A stretch of DNA of 56,924 nucleotides from Prevotella sp. P5-108 (GCA_963645005.1 CAVIRL010000001.1:1-56924); one strand, 5' to 3'. Positions 36,653 to 46,018 are shown, counted from the stretch's first letter. The notes: generated from the sequence alone by a model not told the origin. A program made the numbers and translations.

Positions 36653-37570
36653 CTAACTTCTCAGCTTCGGATCCAGCGCATCACGTAAGCCGTCACCGAA
36701 GATATTGAATGCGATAACCGTGATCATGATCGCCACACCTGGCATAATACTGTATACCGGGCGGTAGCTGATAAAGGTCTGTGCAGCGCTGATCATGTTG
36801 CCCCAGGACGGAGTCGGAGGCTGGATACCAATACCCAGGAAGCTTAAGGATGCCTCATACATGATGGCGTTCGGGATACCCAGGGTAACCAGAACGATGA
36901 TGGTGGACAGGCAGTTCGGAACCAGCTCCTTCATGATGATCCAGTAGGTAGATGCTCCGCAGGCGCGGGCGGCCTCCACATACTCCTTTTCCTTTAGCTG
37001 CATGACAGAGCCGCGGATCATACGGGCCGTGCGGACCCAGGTCAGAAGACCCAGGGCAATGAACAGATTCAGCACGCCTTTTCCCATGAAGGTCATGATC
37101 GCCATGGCGAAGATTAGATCCGGGAATGCCTGGAAGATCTCCATGATACGGGAGATCAGGCTGTCGATCCAGCCGCCGTAGTAGCCGGCCAGGGAGCCCA
37201 GGGTCACACCCACGATGGAGGCGATGATCTGAGCCACGATTCCGATACTGATCGAAACTCGGGAGCCGTAGATGATACGGGACAGGATATCGCGCCCGTA
37301 TTCATCTGTTCCAAAGGGATGAGCCTTGCACGGGGCACCGAGCACAGCGCTGTAATCCTGATAGGTCGGATCATACGGTGCGATCAGCGGTGCAAAGATT
37401 GCCATCAGCACCAGCAGGATCAGCAGACAGGCACAGAACATGGCCATCTTATTCTTTTTCAGGCGCCGCAGGCTGTCTCCGTAGAAGCTGGAGTAATGCA
37501 TGCCGTTTTCCATGATGTCCTGCTCGAACTGCTTCTGTTTATTAAAAAATCCAAGTATTTTCTTCGCCAT
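36653..37570 (-). CDS. oppC: Oligopeptide ABC permease (OppC/DppC)
   Basis: HPFGTDEYGRDILSRIIYG, EYVEAARACGA, SLSFLGIG..P.PSWG, GDGLRDALDP. Confidence 0.9.
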   Translation of the reverse strand: MAKKILGFFNKQKQFEQDIMENGMHYSSFYGDSLRRLKKNKMAMFCACLLILLVLMAIFAPLIAPYDPTYQDYSAVLGAPCKAHPFGTDEYGRDILSRIIYGSRVSISIGIVAQIIASIVGVTLGSLAGYYGGWIDSLISRIMEIFQAFPDLIFAMAIMTFMGKGVLNLFIALGLLTWVRTARMIRGSVMQLKEKEYVEAARACGASTYWIIMKELVPNCLSTIIVLVTLGIPNAIMYEASLSFLGIGIQPPTPSWGNMISAAQTFISYRPVYSIMPGVAIMITVIAFNIFGDGLRDALDPKLRS

Positions 37571-37573
37571 CTC

Positions 37574-38506
37574 TTATGCTGCTCCTTTCCCGTAACGAAT
37601 TCGCGGATCCAGAAATGCATAGGAAACATCGACGATCAGGTTTACGACAACGAATACAAATGCGATGTACATAACGGTGCCCTCCAGAAGCGGAAGATCA
37701 CGGTTTGACATGGCATCTACGGCCAGCTTGCCGATGCCCGGGATTGAGAAGACCTTCTCGATCAGCATGGAGCCTGTCAGCATGTAACCAAAGTCCGTAC
37801 CAACAAGGGTTACGATCGGGATCATGGCATTTTTCAGGGCATGCTTCAGAATAACAGCCCAGCGCATGGCTCCCTTTGCCTTTGCGGTGCGGATGTAATC
37901 CTGTCCCAGCACCTCCAGCATACTGGTCCTGGTGATTCGTGCAATGTTTCCTGCATAACGCGCTCCCAGTGCGATACTGGGAAGTATATAAGAGGCCGGA
38001 GTGTCAAATCCGGAGATCGGCAGAATGTTCAGCTTTAAGCCGAAAAGGATCTGCAGAATGATCGCTACCCAGAAGGCCGGTGCAGATACGCCGATGATAG
38101 CAAGAACCATAACAACGGTATCGATGCCCTTCCCCCTCTTAACAGCAGCAAAGATCCCGCACGGGATACCGATCACAGCCGCAAAAAGAAAGGCCATGCA
38201 CGCCAGCTTTACCGTCACCTTAAAGCAGCGGATCAGCGCATCGGTCACCACCTCCTTGGTAAAATAGGAGGTACCGAAATCCAGATGGATAGCGCCTTTT
38301 ATAAAATTCAGATACTGTACATAATACGGCAGATCCAGACCGAGCTCCTTGCGCACCTTGGCGATGGTCTCCGGATCTGCACGTTTCTCCAGCATCAGGG
38401 CAACCGGGTCACCCGGTACTACCTGAAGCAGAACAAACGTGATCAGACTGATGCCCAGAAGAACGAAGATCGTCTGGAGCAGACGTTTTCCTGTGTATGA
38501 AAGCAT
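37574..38506 (-). CDS. oppB: Oligopeptide ABC permease (OppB/DppB)
   Basis: PGDP, LGLDLP..QY, DYIRTAKAKG, HALKNA, LDPRIRY. Confidence 0.9.
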   Translation of the reverse strand: MLSYTGKRLLQTIFVLLGISLITFVLLQVVPGDPVALMLEKRADPETIAKVRKELGLDLPYYVQYLNFIKGAIHLDFGTSYFTKEVVTDALIRCFKVTVKLACMAFLFAAVIGIPCGIFAAVKRGKGIDTVVMVLAIIGVSAPAFWVAIILQILFGLKLNILPISGFDTPASYILPSIALGARYAGNIARITRTSMLEVLGQDYIRTAKAKGAMRWAVILKHALKNAMIPIVTLVGTDFGYMLTGSMLIEKVFSIPGIGKLAVDAMSNRDLPLLEGTVMYIAFVFVVVNLIVDVSYAFLDPRIRYGKGAA

Positions 38507-38528
38507 TTTATTTTCTCCTACATGCAGA

Positions 38529-38560
38529 CAGGGGGACTGCCAGAATGCGCAGCCCCCCTG
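38529..38560 (-). terminator. Stem-loop between oppA and oppB (mRNA stabiliser or partial terminator)
   Basis: CAGGGGGACTGC...GCAGCCCCCCTG. Confidence 0.55.
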
Positions 38561-38574
38561 TTTTTTGAATAACT

Positions 38575-38606
38575 GTAACTGTTCAGTACCTTCACAGCTA
38601 CGAACA
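38575..38606 (+). repeat. MITE/REP-like element, left-end fragment
   Basis: GTAACTGTTCAGTACCTTCACAG is identical to the start of the 46019 copy. Confidence 0.75.
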
Positions 38607-38630
38607 GCTTTTTAATTGTTGCCGCAGTAA

Positions 38631-40262
38631 TTACTGAATATCAGCGTTCTTCCAGAACATACGGAAGGTAGAATCCATCTGGAATCCGGTGATCTTCGGA
38701 TTTAACAGATAGAACTTGGTCTCATTGTACAGAGGAGTGGTTGCCCAGTCTTCTCTGGTCATGATATGCTCTGCCTTTGCGTAAATCTCCTGACGCTCTG
38801 CATCATCGGTGGTAGCGATACCATCCTCCAGAAGCTTGTCGAACTCGTCGTTGTGCCAGAAGCTGGAGTTGGTCTCGGTCTTGGTCATCGGATACAGCAT
38901 GCTCTCCGGATCGGAGTAGTCTACATACCAGTTGGAAATACCGCAGTCAACGCCGCCGCTCTTCTTCATATCAGACCATGCTGCAGAGTCAACCTGCTCA
39001 ACCTCTACGTTGATGCCTGCTGCCTTTGCCTGCTGCTGGAATGCGGTTGCGATCGCTACGTTGCCCTGGTACTTGGTGTTTACGGTTACACGAAGATCGA
39101 TGCCATCCGGATATCCTGCCTCAGCAAGAAGGGTCTTTGCCTGCTCCGGATCATACTCAAACTCCGGAAGACTGTCGTCATGTCCGATGATACCTGCCGG
39201 AATGTAGGAATTCGGAACCGTTGCAGTGCCGTGAAGGATGCTCTCGCAGATAGACTTGCGGTCGATGGAAAGAGCGATAGCCTCTCTTACCTTCGCATCC
39301 GGATAGGTCTTGGTGTTTACGGTCAGGCTGTAGCAGCCGGTCGGCTGGAAGCCATGCATCTGATCCTTCAGATCTGGGTTGCTGGAGTATACCGGGTAGA
39401 TAGACGGGTCAACATCTACATAGTCTACATTGCCCTTCTGATACTCAAGAACCTGGGTGTTGACATCCTCGATGAACTTGTAGTCCAGGCCGGAAAGCTT
39501 TACAGCGCCGTCATGATAATCGTCGAAGCGGCTAAGGGTTACGCCGACACCGGTCTGATAGCTGTCCATCTTGAACGGGCCGGTACCGATCAGGGTGCTC
39601 ATGCCCCAGTTGTCACCGGCTGCCTCACAAGCCTCCTGCGGATAGATTGCGCAGTAAGCAGTGGACAGAACGGAAAGGAACGGTGCATACGGTTTCTTTA
39701 ACTGAATGGTGAAATGGGTGTCGTCCTGAACCTGAATACCGGACAGTTCGTCTGCTGTGCCTGCACTCAGCTCATCATATCCGACAACATTCTCCAGCAG
39801 GGTTGCCATTTTTGCCATCTTCACAAGACGCTCGTAGGAATACTTGACGTCGGAAGCCTTCAGCGTCGTGCCGTCGTGGAATTTGACATCCGGAAGCAGT
39901 TCGAAGCTGTAGGTCATGTTGTCATCAGAGATGGTCGGCATATCTGCCAGAAGGGTCGGTACCAGGCCATCCTCTGTGGTGGTCAGCAGGGATTCGCTGA
40001 TATTATCGGTAATCTTCATTACGATGCTGTAGGTGTACTGCTGCGGATCCAGTGCTACCTGCGGATCTACTGCTGCAATATGTACGACCTTGTCTCCGGT
40101 CTCGGTGGCTGCTGCCTCCTTGCTCTCATCTGCTGCGGAGCTCTCTGCTGCTGCCGAGGTCTCTGCAGAGCTGCCTGCGGAGCTTCCGGAACCGCCGCAG
40201 GCCGTAAGAGATGCTGCCAGCACACAGCTCAGGAACATTCCTGCCAGTGTTTTCTTCTTCAT
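38631..40262 (-). CDS. oppA: Peptide ABC substrate-binding lipoprotein (family 5)
   Basis: MKKK..LAASLTACG lipobox, KFHDGT.L.ASDV.YS, GTGPF, VREAIALSIDR. Start ATG 40262 after AAGGAG. Confidence 0.9.
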   Translation of the reverse strand: MKKKTLAGMFLSCVLAASLTACGGSGSSAGSSAETSAAAESSAADESKEAAATETGDKVVHIAAVDPQVALDPQQYTYSIVMKITDNISESLLTTTEDGLVPTLLADMPTISDDNMTYSFELLPDVKFHDGTTLKASDVKYSYERLVKMAKMATLLENVVGYDELSAGTADELSGIQVQDDTHFTIQLKKPYAPFLSVLSTAYCAIYPQEACEAAGDNWGMSTLIGTGPFKMDSYQTGVGVTLSRFDDYHDGAVKLSGLDYKFIEDVNTQVLEYQKGNVDYVDVDPSIYPVYSSNPDLKDQMHGFQPTGCYSLTVNTKTYPDAKVREAIALSIDRKSICESILHGTATVPNSYIPAGIIGHDDSLPEFEYDPEQAKTLLAEAGYPDGIDLRVTVNTKYQGNVAIATAFQQQAKAAGINVEVEQVDSAAWSDMKKSGGVDCGISNWYVDYSDPESMLYPMTKTETNSSFWHNDEFDKLLEDGIATTDDAERQEIYAKAEHIMTREDWATTPLYNETKFYLLNPKITGFQMDSTFRMFWKNADIQ

Positions 40263-40379
40263 TGGTGTTTCTCCTTCTTTCCTCATTTTTGCTTTATAAT
40301 GCTGCCTCTGATACTGAATCCGTATGATGATGCATTCATGTGCTTTTCCCACAATTTCGTATGGCTCTGAATCTGTTAT

Positions 40380-40431
40380 AAAAAATAAAAAGAACATATA
40401 CCGAGACTGCTTTCCCCCCGATTATATATTC
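40380..40431 (-). terminator. Terminator-like hairpin inside the oppA upstream leader
   Basis: Minus strand GAATATATAATCGGGG..AAAGCAG..TCTCGGTATATGTTC-TTTTTATTTTTT. Confidence 0.55.
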
Positions 40432-40546
40432 TCTCATTCTCTTCATATTCGGTATGATGCCGCTTTGCACCTTCTGTCATATCTATTCAGTAAATGGAGC
40501 TCTTTCCATACCTGCATCGCTGCCGGTATTTCTTAAAGCTATGGAC

Positions 40547-40598
40547 ATTATAGCCATGTATTTATACAAATGCAAGTAAAAATTTGTATTTCTATACA
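40547..40598 (-). promoter_or_regulatory. Promoter upstream of the opp operon, with TGTAT..ATACA palindromes
   Basis: TTGCAT-17 nt-TATAAT (40575-40547); palindromes at 40557-40568 and 40585-40598. Confidence 0.6.
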
Positions 40599-40685
40599 TT
40601 TCTTTTTCCGGTTCCGTCTCACACGCTCATATTCATCAGGTGTCCGCGCTGCGCGGTCATTCTTCTTCCTGTCGCATCACATAAA

Positions 40686-40720
40686 GAAAGAAGCAGTTAT
40701 CATCTGTAACCGCTTCTTTC
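40686..40720 (-). terminator. Terminator after the small membrane ORF
   Basis: GAAAGAAGCAGTTA...TAACCGCTTCTTTC. Confidence 0.6.
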
Positions 40721-40730
40721 CTGGTTTTTC

Positions 40731-40850
40731 CTATTCGTCATCCTCTTCTGCTGCAATGGCTCCGATGGTACCAAGCATGCTGGTTACTACCGTTACCACA
40801 ACGAATAACACCAGCAGCAGGATACAGCCGAGAAAAATCATGATATCCAT
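40731..40850 (-). CDS. Small (39 aa) single-pass membrane protein
   Basis: Hand translation MDIMIFLGCILLLVLFVVVTVVTSMLGTIGAIAAEEDDE; GGAGG RBS; own promoter TTTACT-17-TATACT (41009-40981) and terminator. Confidence 0.7.
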   Translation of the reverse strand: MDIMIFLGCILLLVLFVVVTVVTSMLGTIGAIAAEEDDE

Positions 40851-41017
40851 CTGTAAACGCCTCCGTTCCTGATCTTGCGCTGCACAGGCTGCAGCGGAAT
40901 GCTTCGTCACTGTTCAGCAGCTCCGTTATCGCTGCTCACGCAAACACCCTGATGATCTGCCTTCATCTACAATTGGTTTAAGTATAGCACAGCCCGTGCG
41001 GCAAGTAAAGGGGCGGG

Positions 41018-42157
41018 TTACTCATAATCGTCATCATAATTGTCCAGAAAGTGATGACGCACGCCGCCCTGCTTGTAGGCTACGACTGTATCCAGATTGA
41101 CATTTTCCACGCTCTTGAAGATATTGCTCTCCACGAACGGGTTCTTCTCTTTCAGGGTACGGATCAGTTCCTTGACTTCCACGCGCTTGGACTGGTTTTC
41201 TTCATTATTACAGGTGGTGCAGGTATCGGTAAACTTGCAGGCGCACTGAATGAAATGCAGATTGTTGTAATCTCTCCAGGCCTTGATGTCATCCTCCCGA
41301 ACCAGGTACAGCGGGCGGATCAGCTCCATGCCCTCGAAGTTGGTGCTGTGAAGCTTCGGCATCATGGTCTGGATCTGGGCGCCGTAGAGCATGCCCATGA
41401 GGATGGTCTCGATGACATCGTCATAGTGATGACCCAGGGCGATCTTGTTGCAGCCCAGCTGCTTTGCGAAAGTATAAAGGTGGCCGCGGCGCATGCGGGC
41501 ACAGAGGTAACACGGTGATTTCTCGATGGTGTAGACCGCATCAAAAATGTCAGACTCGAAGATCTCGATCGGAATCTTTAACTTTCTGGCGTTCTCCTCG
41601 ATAACCTGACGGTTCTCCGGGCTGTAGCCCGGATCCATGACCAGAAATTTCACCTCAAAGGGAAACTTGTTGTGCTTCTTTAACTCCTGGAACAGCTTGG
41701 CCATCAGCATGGAATCTTTGCCGCCGGAGATGCAGACCGCAATGCGGTCCCCCTCCTTCACCAGCTCGTACTGGTTGATGGCTTTCGCAAATTTACTGAA
41801 TATATTTTTGTGGAATTTTTTGCGCAGGCTCTTTTCTACAGAGTCGCAGATCTCGTCTGCCTCCTGCTTTTTGATCTCGGCCATAAGCCAGGTGATGTAG
41901 CCGCCCTTTAAGCTGACTGCGTCGTAACCCTGCCCGCAGAGATTCTCTGCCACATCACGGCTTACGCGGCCGCGGCTGCAGCAGATGATGATCTTTTTGT
42001 CTTTTTCCTCCGGCGGATTCTCCTCCAGCTCCTCTGCGGAGCTTGCAATGGCACCCTTGATAGCGCCGTGGTTAATCTCTTCCGTACTGCGGATGTCGTA
42101 AAGCACATAGGTGTCCGGTGAAAGAGCGTTAAATTCTTCTATGGTTAGTTCGTTCAT
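41018..42157 (-). CDS. ttcA: Rhodanese domain fused to TtcA-family tRNA 2-thiocytidine biosynthesis protein
   Basis: N-terminal DIRS.EE..HGAI.GA..CCSRGRVS..SLKGG (rhodanese), then SGGKDS PP-loop, PCYLCARMRRG, ALGHHYDD, IRPL and CAC..C..C. Confidence 0.85.
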   Translation of the reverse strand: MNELTIEEFNALSPDTYVLYDIRSTEEINHGAIKGAIASSAEELEENPPEEKDKKIIICCSRGRVSRDVAENLCGQGYDAVSLKGGYITWLMAEIKKQEADEICDSVEKSLRKKFHKNIFSKFAKAINQYELVKEGDRIAVCISGGKDSMLMAKLFQELKKHNKFPFEVKFLVMDPGYSPENRQVIEENARKLKIPIEIFESDIFDAVYTIEKSPCYLCARMRRGHLYTFAKQLGCNKIALGHHYDDVIETILMGMLYGAQIQTMMPKLHSTNFEGMELIRPLYLVREDDIKAWRDYNNLHFIQCACKFTDTCTTCNNEENQSKRVEVKELIRTLKEKNPFVESNIFKSVENVNLDTVVAYKQGGVRHHFLDNYDDDYE

Positions 42158-42192
42158 ATTCGTTCTCCTGTGTTAATTCCTGTTTGTCATCC

Positions 42193-42221
42193 ATCATACA
42201 GGAAATGCACGCAAAACTCAA
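42193..42221 (-). promoter_or_regulatory. Promoter of rhodanese-ttcA
   Basis: TTGAGT-17 nt-TATGAT. Confidence 0.5.
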
Positions 42222-42285
42222 TATGCAACCTTCATTGTATAATACTGCACCTTCGGTTTCAAAAAAGCCTGCCCGTATACAGTGC

Positions 42286-43239
42286 CTATCCCTGTACAAG
42301 CTGACCTGACATCACCCATTCGCTCTTCTCATGCGTTCCCTGGCGCACGGTGCGGACACGGAAGCTGTACGCACCCGGCTCTGTCATCTGGGATGAGTAA
42401 TCGTAGCTGGTCTTGTATACAGAACGCACAATATCTGCCTCCTCACCGTTTCGCAGCAGTTGTACCTGATAATAGCGTGCACCCTCTTCCCCATTCCAGG
42501 AGGCAGTTCCCGGATGGGCGCTGCTCCAGCCGGGGGCGGAGGATATGCCTGCCGTGCCCTGCGCGGCAGAGGTTCCCGCTGTGCTCTGCGCTGTAGAAGT
42601 TCCCGCTGCGCTCTGTGCTGTAGAGGTTCCCGCTGTGCCCTGCGCTGTAGAAGTTTCTGCTGCGCTCTGTGCAGCAGAGGTTCCCGCTGCACTCTGCGCT
42701 GTAAAAGTTTCTGCTGCGCTCTGCACGGTGGAAATTTCCGCTGCGCTCTGTGCTGCAGAGCCGGAAACGCTGCTGCCGGTCTTTCGTTTCTTATCATAGA
42801 TCAGCTTCACCCGCAGCGTCAGCATCGTATTCTTTTCAGAGCGCTTCGCGCTGACAAACTGCACCTTGTCGTAGCGGTTCTTTGATGCAGCAGCCAGGTT
42901 CAGACGGAAAGCATCCGAGGAGGAGCTGGCAAAATACCACTGATCCTCATCGGCCGAAACCAGCGTTACCTCGATCTCCGGCGGATTGCTGTCACCAAAA
43001 TCGTCTGAATCTTCATTTATAATGTCTGTATCACTGACATAGTAGCGGTCGGTGTTGCCTCCCTCCGCCGTGACGGAAACGGACCTTCCATCTACGCCAA
43101 TGCCGAGGTCGGAGTCAAACGTAAGCTCGATTTTCCCGATCTTTCTTTTCTCCGATGCCGCATAAGCGGTACAGGCTGCTCCCAGGGCAAGGACCAGGGC
43201 TGCTGCACCGACCAGCAGCCGTTTTGTTGTCTGTCTCAT
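42286..43239 (-). CDS. Secreted hypothetical protein with Ser/Thr/Ala repeat linker and FN3-like C-terminus
   Basis: Signal peptide ending AYA; repeats of STAQSAAGT; C-terminal W..A..YQVQL.R..Y.FRVR. Confidence 0.75.
   Translation of the reverse strand: MRQTTKRLLVGAAALVLALGAACTAYAASEKRKIGKIELTFDSDLGIGVDGRSVSVTAEGGNTDRYYVSDTDIINEDSDDFGDSNPPEIEVTLVSADEDQWYFASSSSDAFRLNLAAASKNRYDKVQFVSAKRSEKNTMLTLRVKLIYDKKRKTGSSVSGSAAQSAAEISTVQSAAETFTAQSAAGTSAAQSAAETSTAQGTAGTSTAQSAAGTSTAQSTAGTSAAQGTAGISSAPGWSSAHPGTASWNGEEGARYYQVQLLRNGEEADIVRSVYKTSYDYSSQMTEPGAYSFRVRTVRQGTHEKSEWVMSGQLVQG
42544..42759 (-). repeat. Eight imperfect 27-bp in-frame tandem repeats
   Basis: Encode SAAQSAAEI/STVQSAAET/FTAQSAAGT/SAAQSAAET/STAQGTAGT/STAQSAAGT/STAQSTAGT/SAAQGTAGI. 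Confidence 0.9.
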
Positions 43240-43284
43240 AAGTGTTCGTGGTCTCCTTCCTTTATATCGTAACGTTTTCTATTC

Positions 43285-43896
43285 TTACCGTTGTTCCCGT
43301 TCATAAAGGCGGCAGATCAGATCCACGCAGGTTTCCGTTCCCAGCTCCGAGCTGTTGAAGGTGGCATCGTAGCTGGCACCGGCTCCCCAGCGCTTTCCGG
43401 TATAGCATTCATAGTAATTCCGGCGGCTCTTATCGGTCTTTTTGATCAGGGCGATGGCCTCATCGCGTGTGATCCTGCGGGCATCCATCAGCCGTTTGAT
43501 CCGGGCATTCATGTCTGCATAAATAAACACGGAGGTCACACCCGGCTGCTCCCGCAGCACATAGTCGGCGCACCGGCCAATGATCACGCAGGACTCCTTC
43601 TCTGCCAGCTGCCGGATCACCTCTGACTGTACATTAAACACCATATCGTTGATGGCTATGCCGCGCCCGGTCTTGTCATTCTGCAGCTGCCGCGGAATGG
43701 AATAGAGCAATGGATTCGGTCTCTTCTCCTCGGCCTCTGCCAGAATATCATGCTCCAGCTCCCCGTAGTTACTGGCCAGTTCAATGAGCTGCCGGTCATA
43801 GCACCGGATTCCCAGGCGCTCTGCTGCCGCCATGCCGATCGCACTGCCACCGCTTCCGATCTGACGTCCTATCGTAATGATCCTGTTTCCTTTCAT
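43285..43896 (-). CDS. Cytidylate kinase-like family protein
   Basis: IITIGRQIGSGG..IG, SCVIIGRCADYVL, DKSRRNYY..YTGK.WG. Confidence 0.88.
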   Translation of the reverse strand: MKGNRIITIGRQIGSGGSAIGMAAAERLGIRCYDRQLIELASNYGELEHDILAEAEEKRPNPLLYSIPRQLQNDKTGRGIAINDMVFNVQSEVIRQLAEKESCVIIGRCADYVLREQPGVTSVFIYADMNARIKRLMDARRITRDEAIALIKKTDKSRRNYYECYTGKRWGAGASYDATFNSSELGTETCVDLICRLYEREQR

Positions 43897-43917
43897 ATTC
43901 CTCTTCCCCCTGTATTC

Positions 43918-45990
43918 CTACCGGTTGTTGAAAATTTCCACGATGGCCTTCCACATCTTCACCAGCACATTCCAGATCCGGCGCAGCGGACTCTGGCTTG
44001 CGGCCTCGCTCTCTGCATCCAGAAGCTCATCATCGTCATCCAGACTGATCTCTGCGGTGCGCAGGATGATCTGCACGGATTCCGGCTCCTGATTCTCATC
44101 AGATGTGAAGGACACCTTTTCCGCGTTCGGATCCATGTTCAGGAAGCGGGTGTCGCCATCCAAATCGTCCCACTCCTTGTCGATGGCCTCCTTCATGGTC
44201 ACGCCTGCATGGCGGATGGAGGACGTACTGTCCAGCACACTCAGGCTCTTATCCAGAAGCTCCAGGGTGCCGCGGATGCTGTCGCGGGTGGCAGCATCCA
44301 GATTGTCGCTGCTGTTCTTTAATGTGTTCTGCACAATGGCTGCCGTGCTGATGCTGGTATTCATGGCCTCCGTGGTTCGGTTGAGAAGCTCCTCGGAATC
44401 ATCTAGAGAGGCCTGCAGATCCGGGTAATAGCTGTCCATGGAATCGTACAGATTGGCCGTGTCCTCGGTGAGCATCTCCAGGCTGTCCGTCAGCTCTGAG
44501 GTATACTTCGCCGCATCGGACACATCATCCAGAAGCCCGGAAAGCTCTGAGGCCAGCTTATTGCTGGCTGCGGACAGCTTCTCCAGAGCTGCCTTCTTCG
44601 TCATAAGGGTCTGCAGAAGCTCCATCTGGTTCAGGGTGACACCGCTCGCCGCAGAAGCCCCAGCTCCGGATATGCTTCCGGTGCCTGCCGCATTGCTCGG
44701 AGAAGCGGTGCGGTCATCGTAAAGCTCTACCTCCCAGTCTCCGTCCAGATAATAATCCTCATCCACGTTCTGAAGGCTGACGCCCAGGGAACCCAGGGCG
44801 GTCACATAGGCCTGCTCGCTGGCCTGCAGCGTCGCATCCAGAGCGATGATCTGCTGCATCAGCTGGTTCAGCGGAGAAACCTGGCCTGCCATATCTGCAG
44901 AGCCGCTCTTAATGCCCTTCAACGCACTGTGCAGCTTGTTTAACGGATCCTGCATCTCCCGCACTGTGTTCACGATATCTCCGAGACTGTCATGGGCGGT
45001 ATCTGCCGCCTCCTTTGCGGTTTCAATATGAGGGATCATGGCCTCCAGCTGATCGGATACGGCGCTCAGGGTTTCCAGTGCCTTGTCGTTGCCCGCCAGA
45101 ATGCTGTCCTTCGCACCGCTCCAGGTCTTGCGCGCACTCTCGGCAGAGCTCATACCGCTCTGCAGCGCATTGATACCATCCCGCATCGCCTCCACAGACA
45201 GTGCCATCTGCTGCAGGCTGTCGTGCATTTCATCGCCGCTTTCCTTCCAGGTATCCTTTGCCTCCTTTAAGTCGGTGACATGCTCCATGTCACTGCCGGT
45301 CAGCGGGGTCATGGCCATGAACACACCGCTGGACTCGAAGCTGTCGGTACCGATGCGGACGGTGAAATCGCCGTCCTCGCCCGGAAGTGCCGTGAACACC
45401 ACTGCGCTGTTGCTGCCGATGTTCTGCTTCTGCGCCCCGTCTGCCTCCAGACTGTAGCAGTCGTTCATGTCTGCCATCACTGCCACTGCCAGCACAAAGT
45501 TATTCTTATAATATTCCTTCACATCTGCGCTGTCATTAAACTTTGCGTCGATGTGGATCTCAATGAGTCCGGAAGCACCGGCCAACTCGTCGGCATTTTT
45601 CGGCACACCGTTCAGCTTATAGGATACATCGAAGTTCCAGGGGAGCGCCACCTGTTTTCCATCCAGCTCCCCTTTATAATAGAAGCGTCCCTTGTAATCC
45701 GCCGGTACGTTCCAGGTTACCTTGTTTCCCTCGATGACTGGCTCGGTATAGTCGGACATGTTGGTTACCGATGTATAATTGCCGTAATCCGTAAACGTAG
45801 TCTGGCCGTTCAGATCACAGCCCTTCACCACATTGACCTTGTCAACATTCCCATAGTAGTCCAGGTTGACATACATATTTTCATCTACAGCCACGGATGC
45901 CTGGCCGGCCAGCACCGGCAGAACTGTGCCGGTACATGCCATGACTGCAGCCAGTCCCATGACACCCAGTCTCTGATATCTTTTCTTCAT
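43918..45990 (-). CDS. YhgE/Pip-like exported coiled-coil protein, MMPL partner
   Basis: Signal peptide, DENMYVNLDYYG, YKLNG..ADELAG.SG, long helical heptad region, terminal SFTS.EN....VQIILRT. Confidence 0.7.
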   Translation of the reverse strand: MKKRYQRLGVMGLAAVMACTGTVLPVLAGQASVAVDENMYVNLDYYGNVDKVNVVKGCDLNGQTTFTDYGNYTSVTNMSDYTEPVIEGNKVTWNVPADYKGRFYYKGELDGKQVALPWNFDVSYKLNGVPKNADELAGASGLIEIHIDAKFNDSADVKEYYKNNFVLAVAVMADMNDCYSLEADGAQKQNIGSNSAVVFTALPGEDGDFTVRIGTDSFESSGVFMAMTPLTGSDMEHVTDLKEAKDTWKESGDEMHDSLQQMALSVEAMRDGINALQSGMSSAESARKTWSGAKDSILAGNDKALETLSAVSDQLEAMIPHIETAKEAADTAHDSLGDIVNTVREMQDPLNKLHSALKGIKSGSADMAGQVSPLNQLMQQIIALDATLQASEQAYVTALGSLGVSLQNVDEDYYLDGDWEVELYDDRTASPSNAAGTGSISGAGASAASGVTLNQMELLQTLMTKKAALEKLSAASNKLASELSGLLDDVSDAAKYTSELTDSLEMLTEDTANLYDSMDSYYPDLQASLDDSEELLNRTTEAMNTSISTAAIVQNTLKNSSDNLDAATRDSIRGTLELLDKSLSVLDSTSSIRHAGVTMKEAIDKEWDDLDGDTRFLNMDPNAEKVSFTSDENQEPESVQIILRTAEISLDDDDELLDAESEAASQSPLRRIWNVLVKMWKAIVEIFNNR

Positions 45991-46018
45991 GACATATTCC
46001 CTCCTGATGCCGTTCTTC

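Noticed and set aside
42544..42759. CRISPR array
   Set aside because: Repeats are contiguous, degenerate, in-frame 27-mers with no unique spacers and no cas genes.
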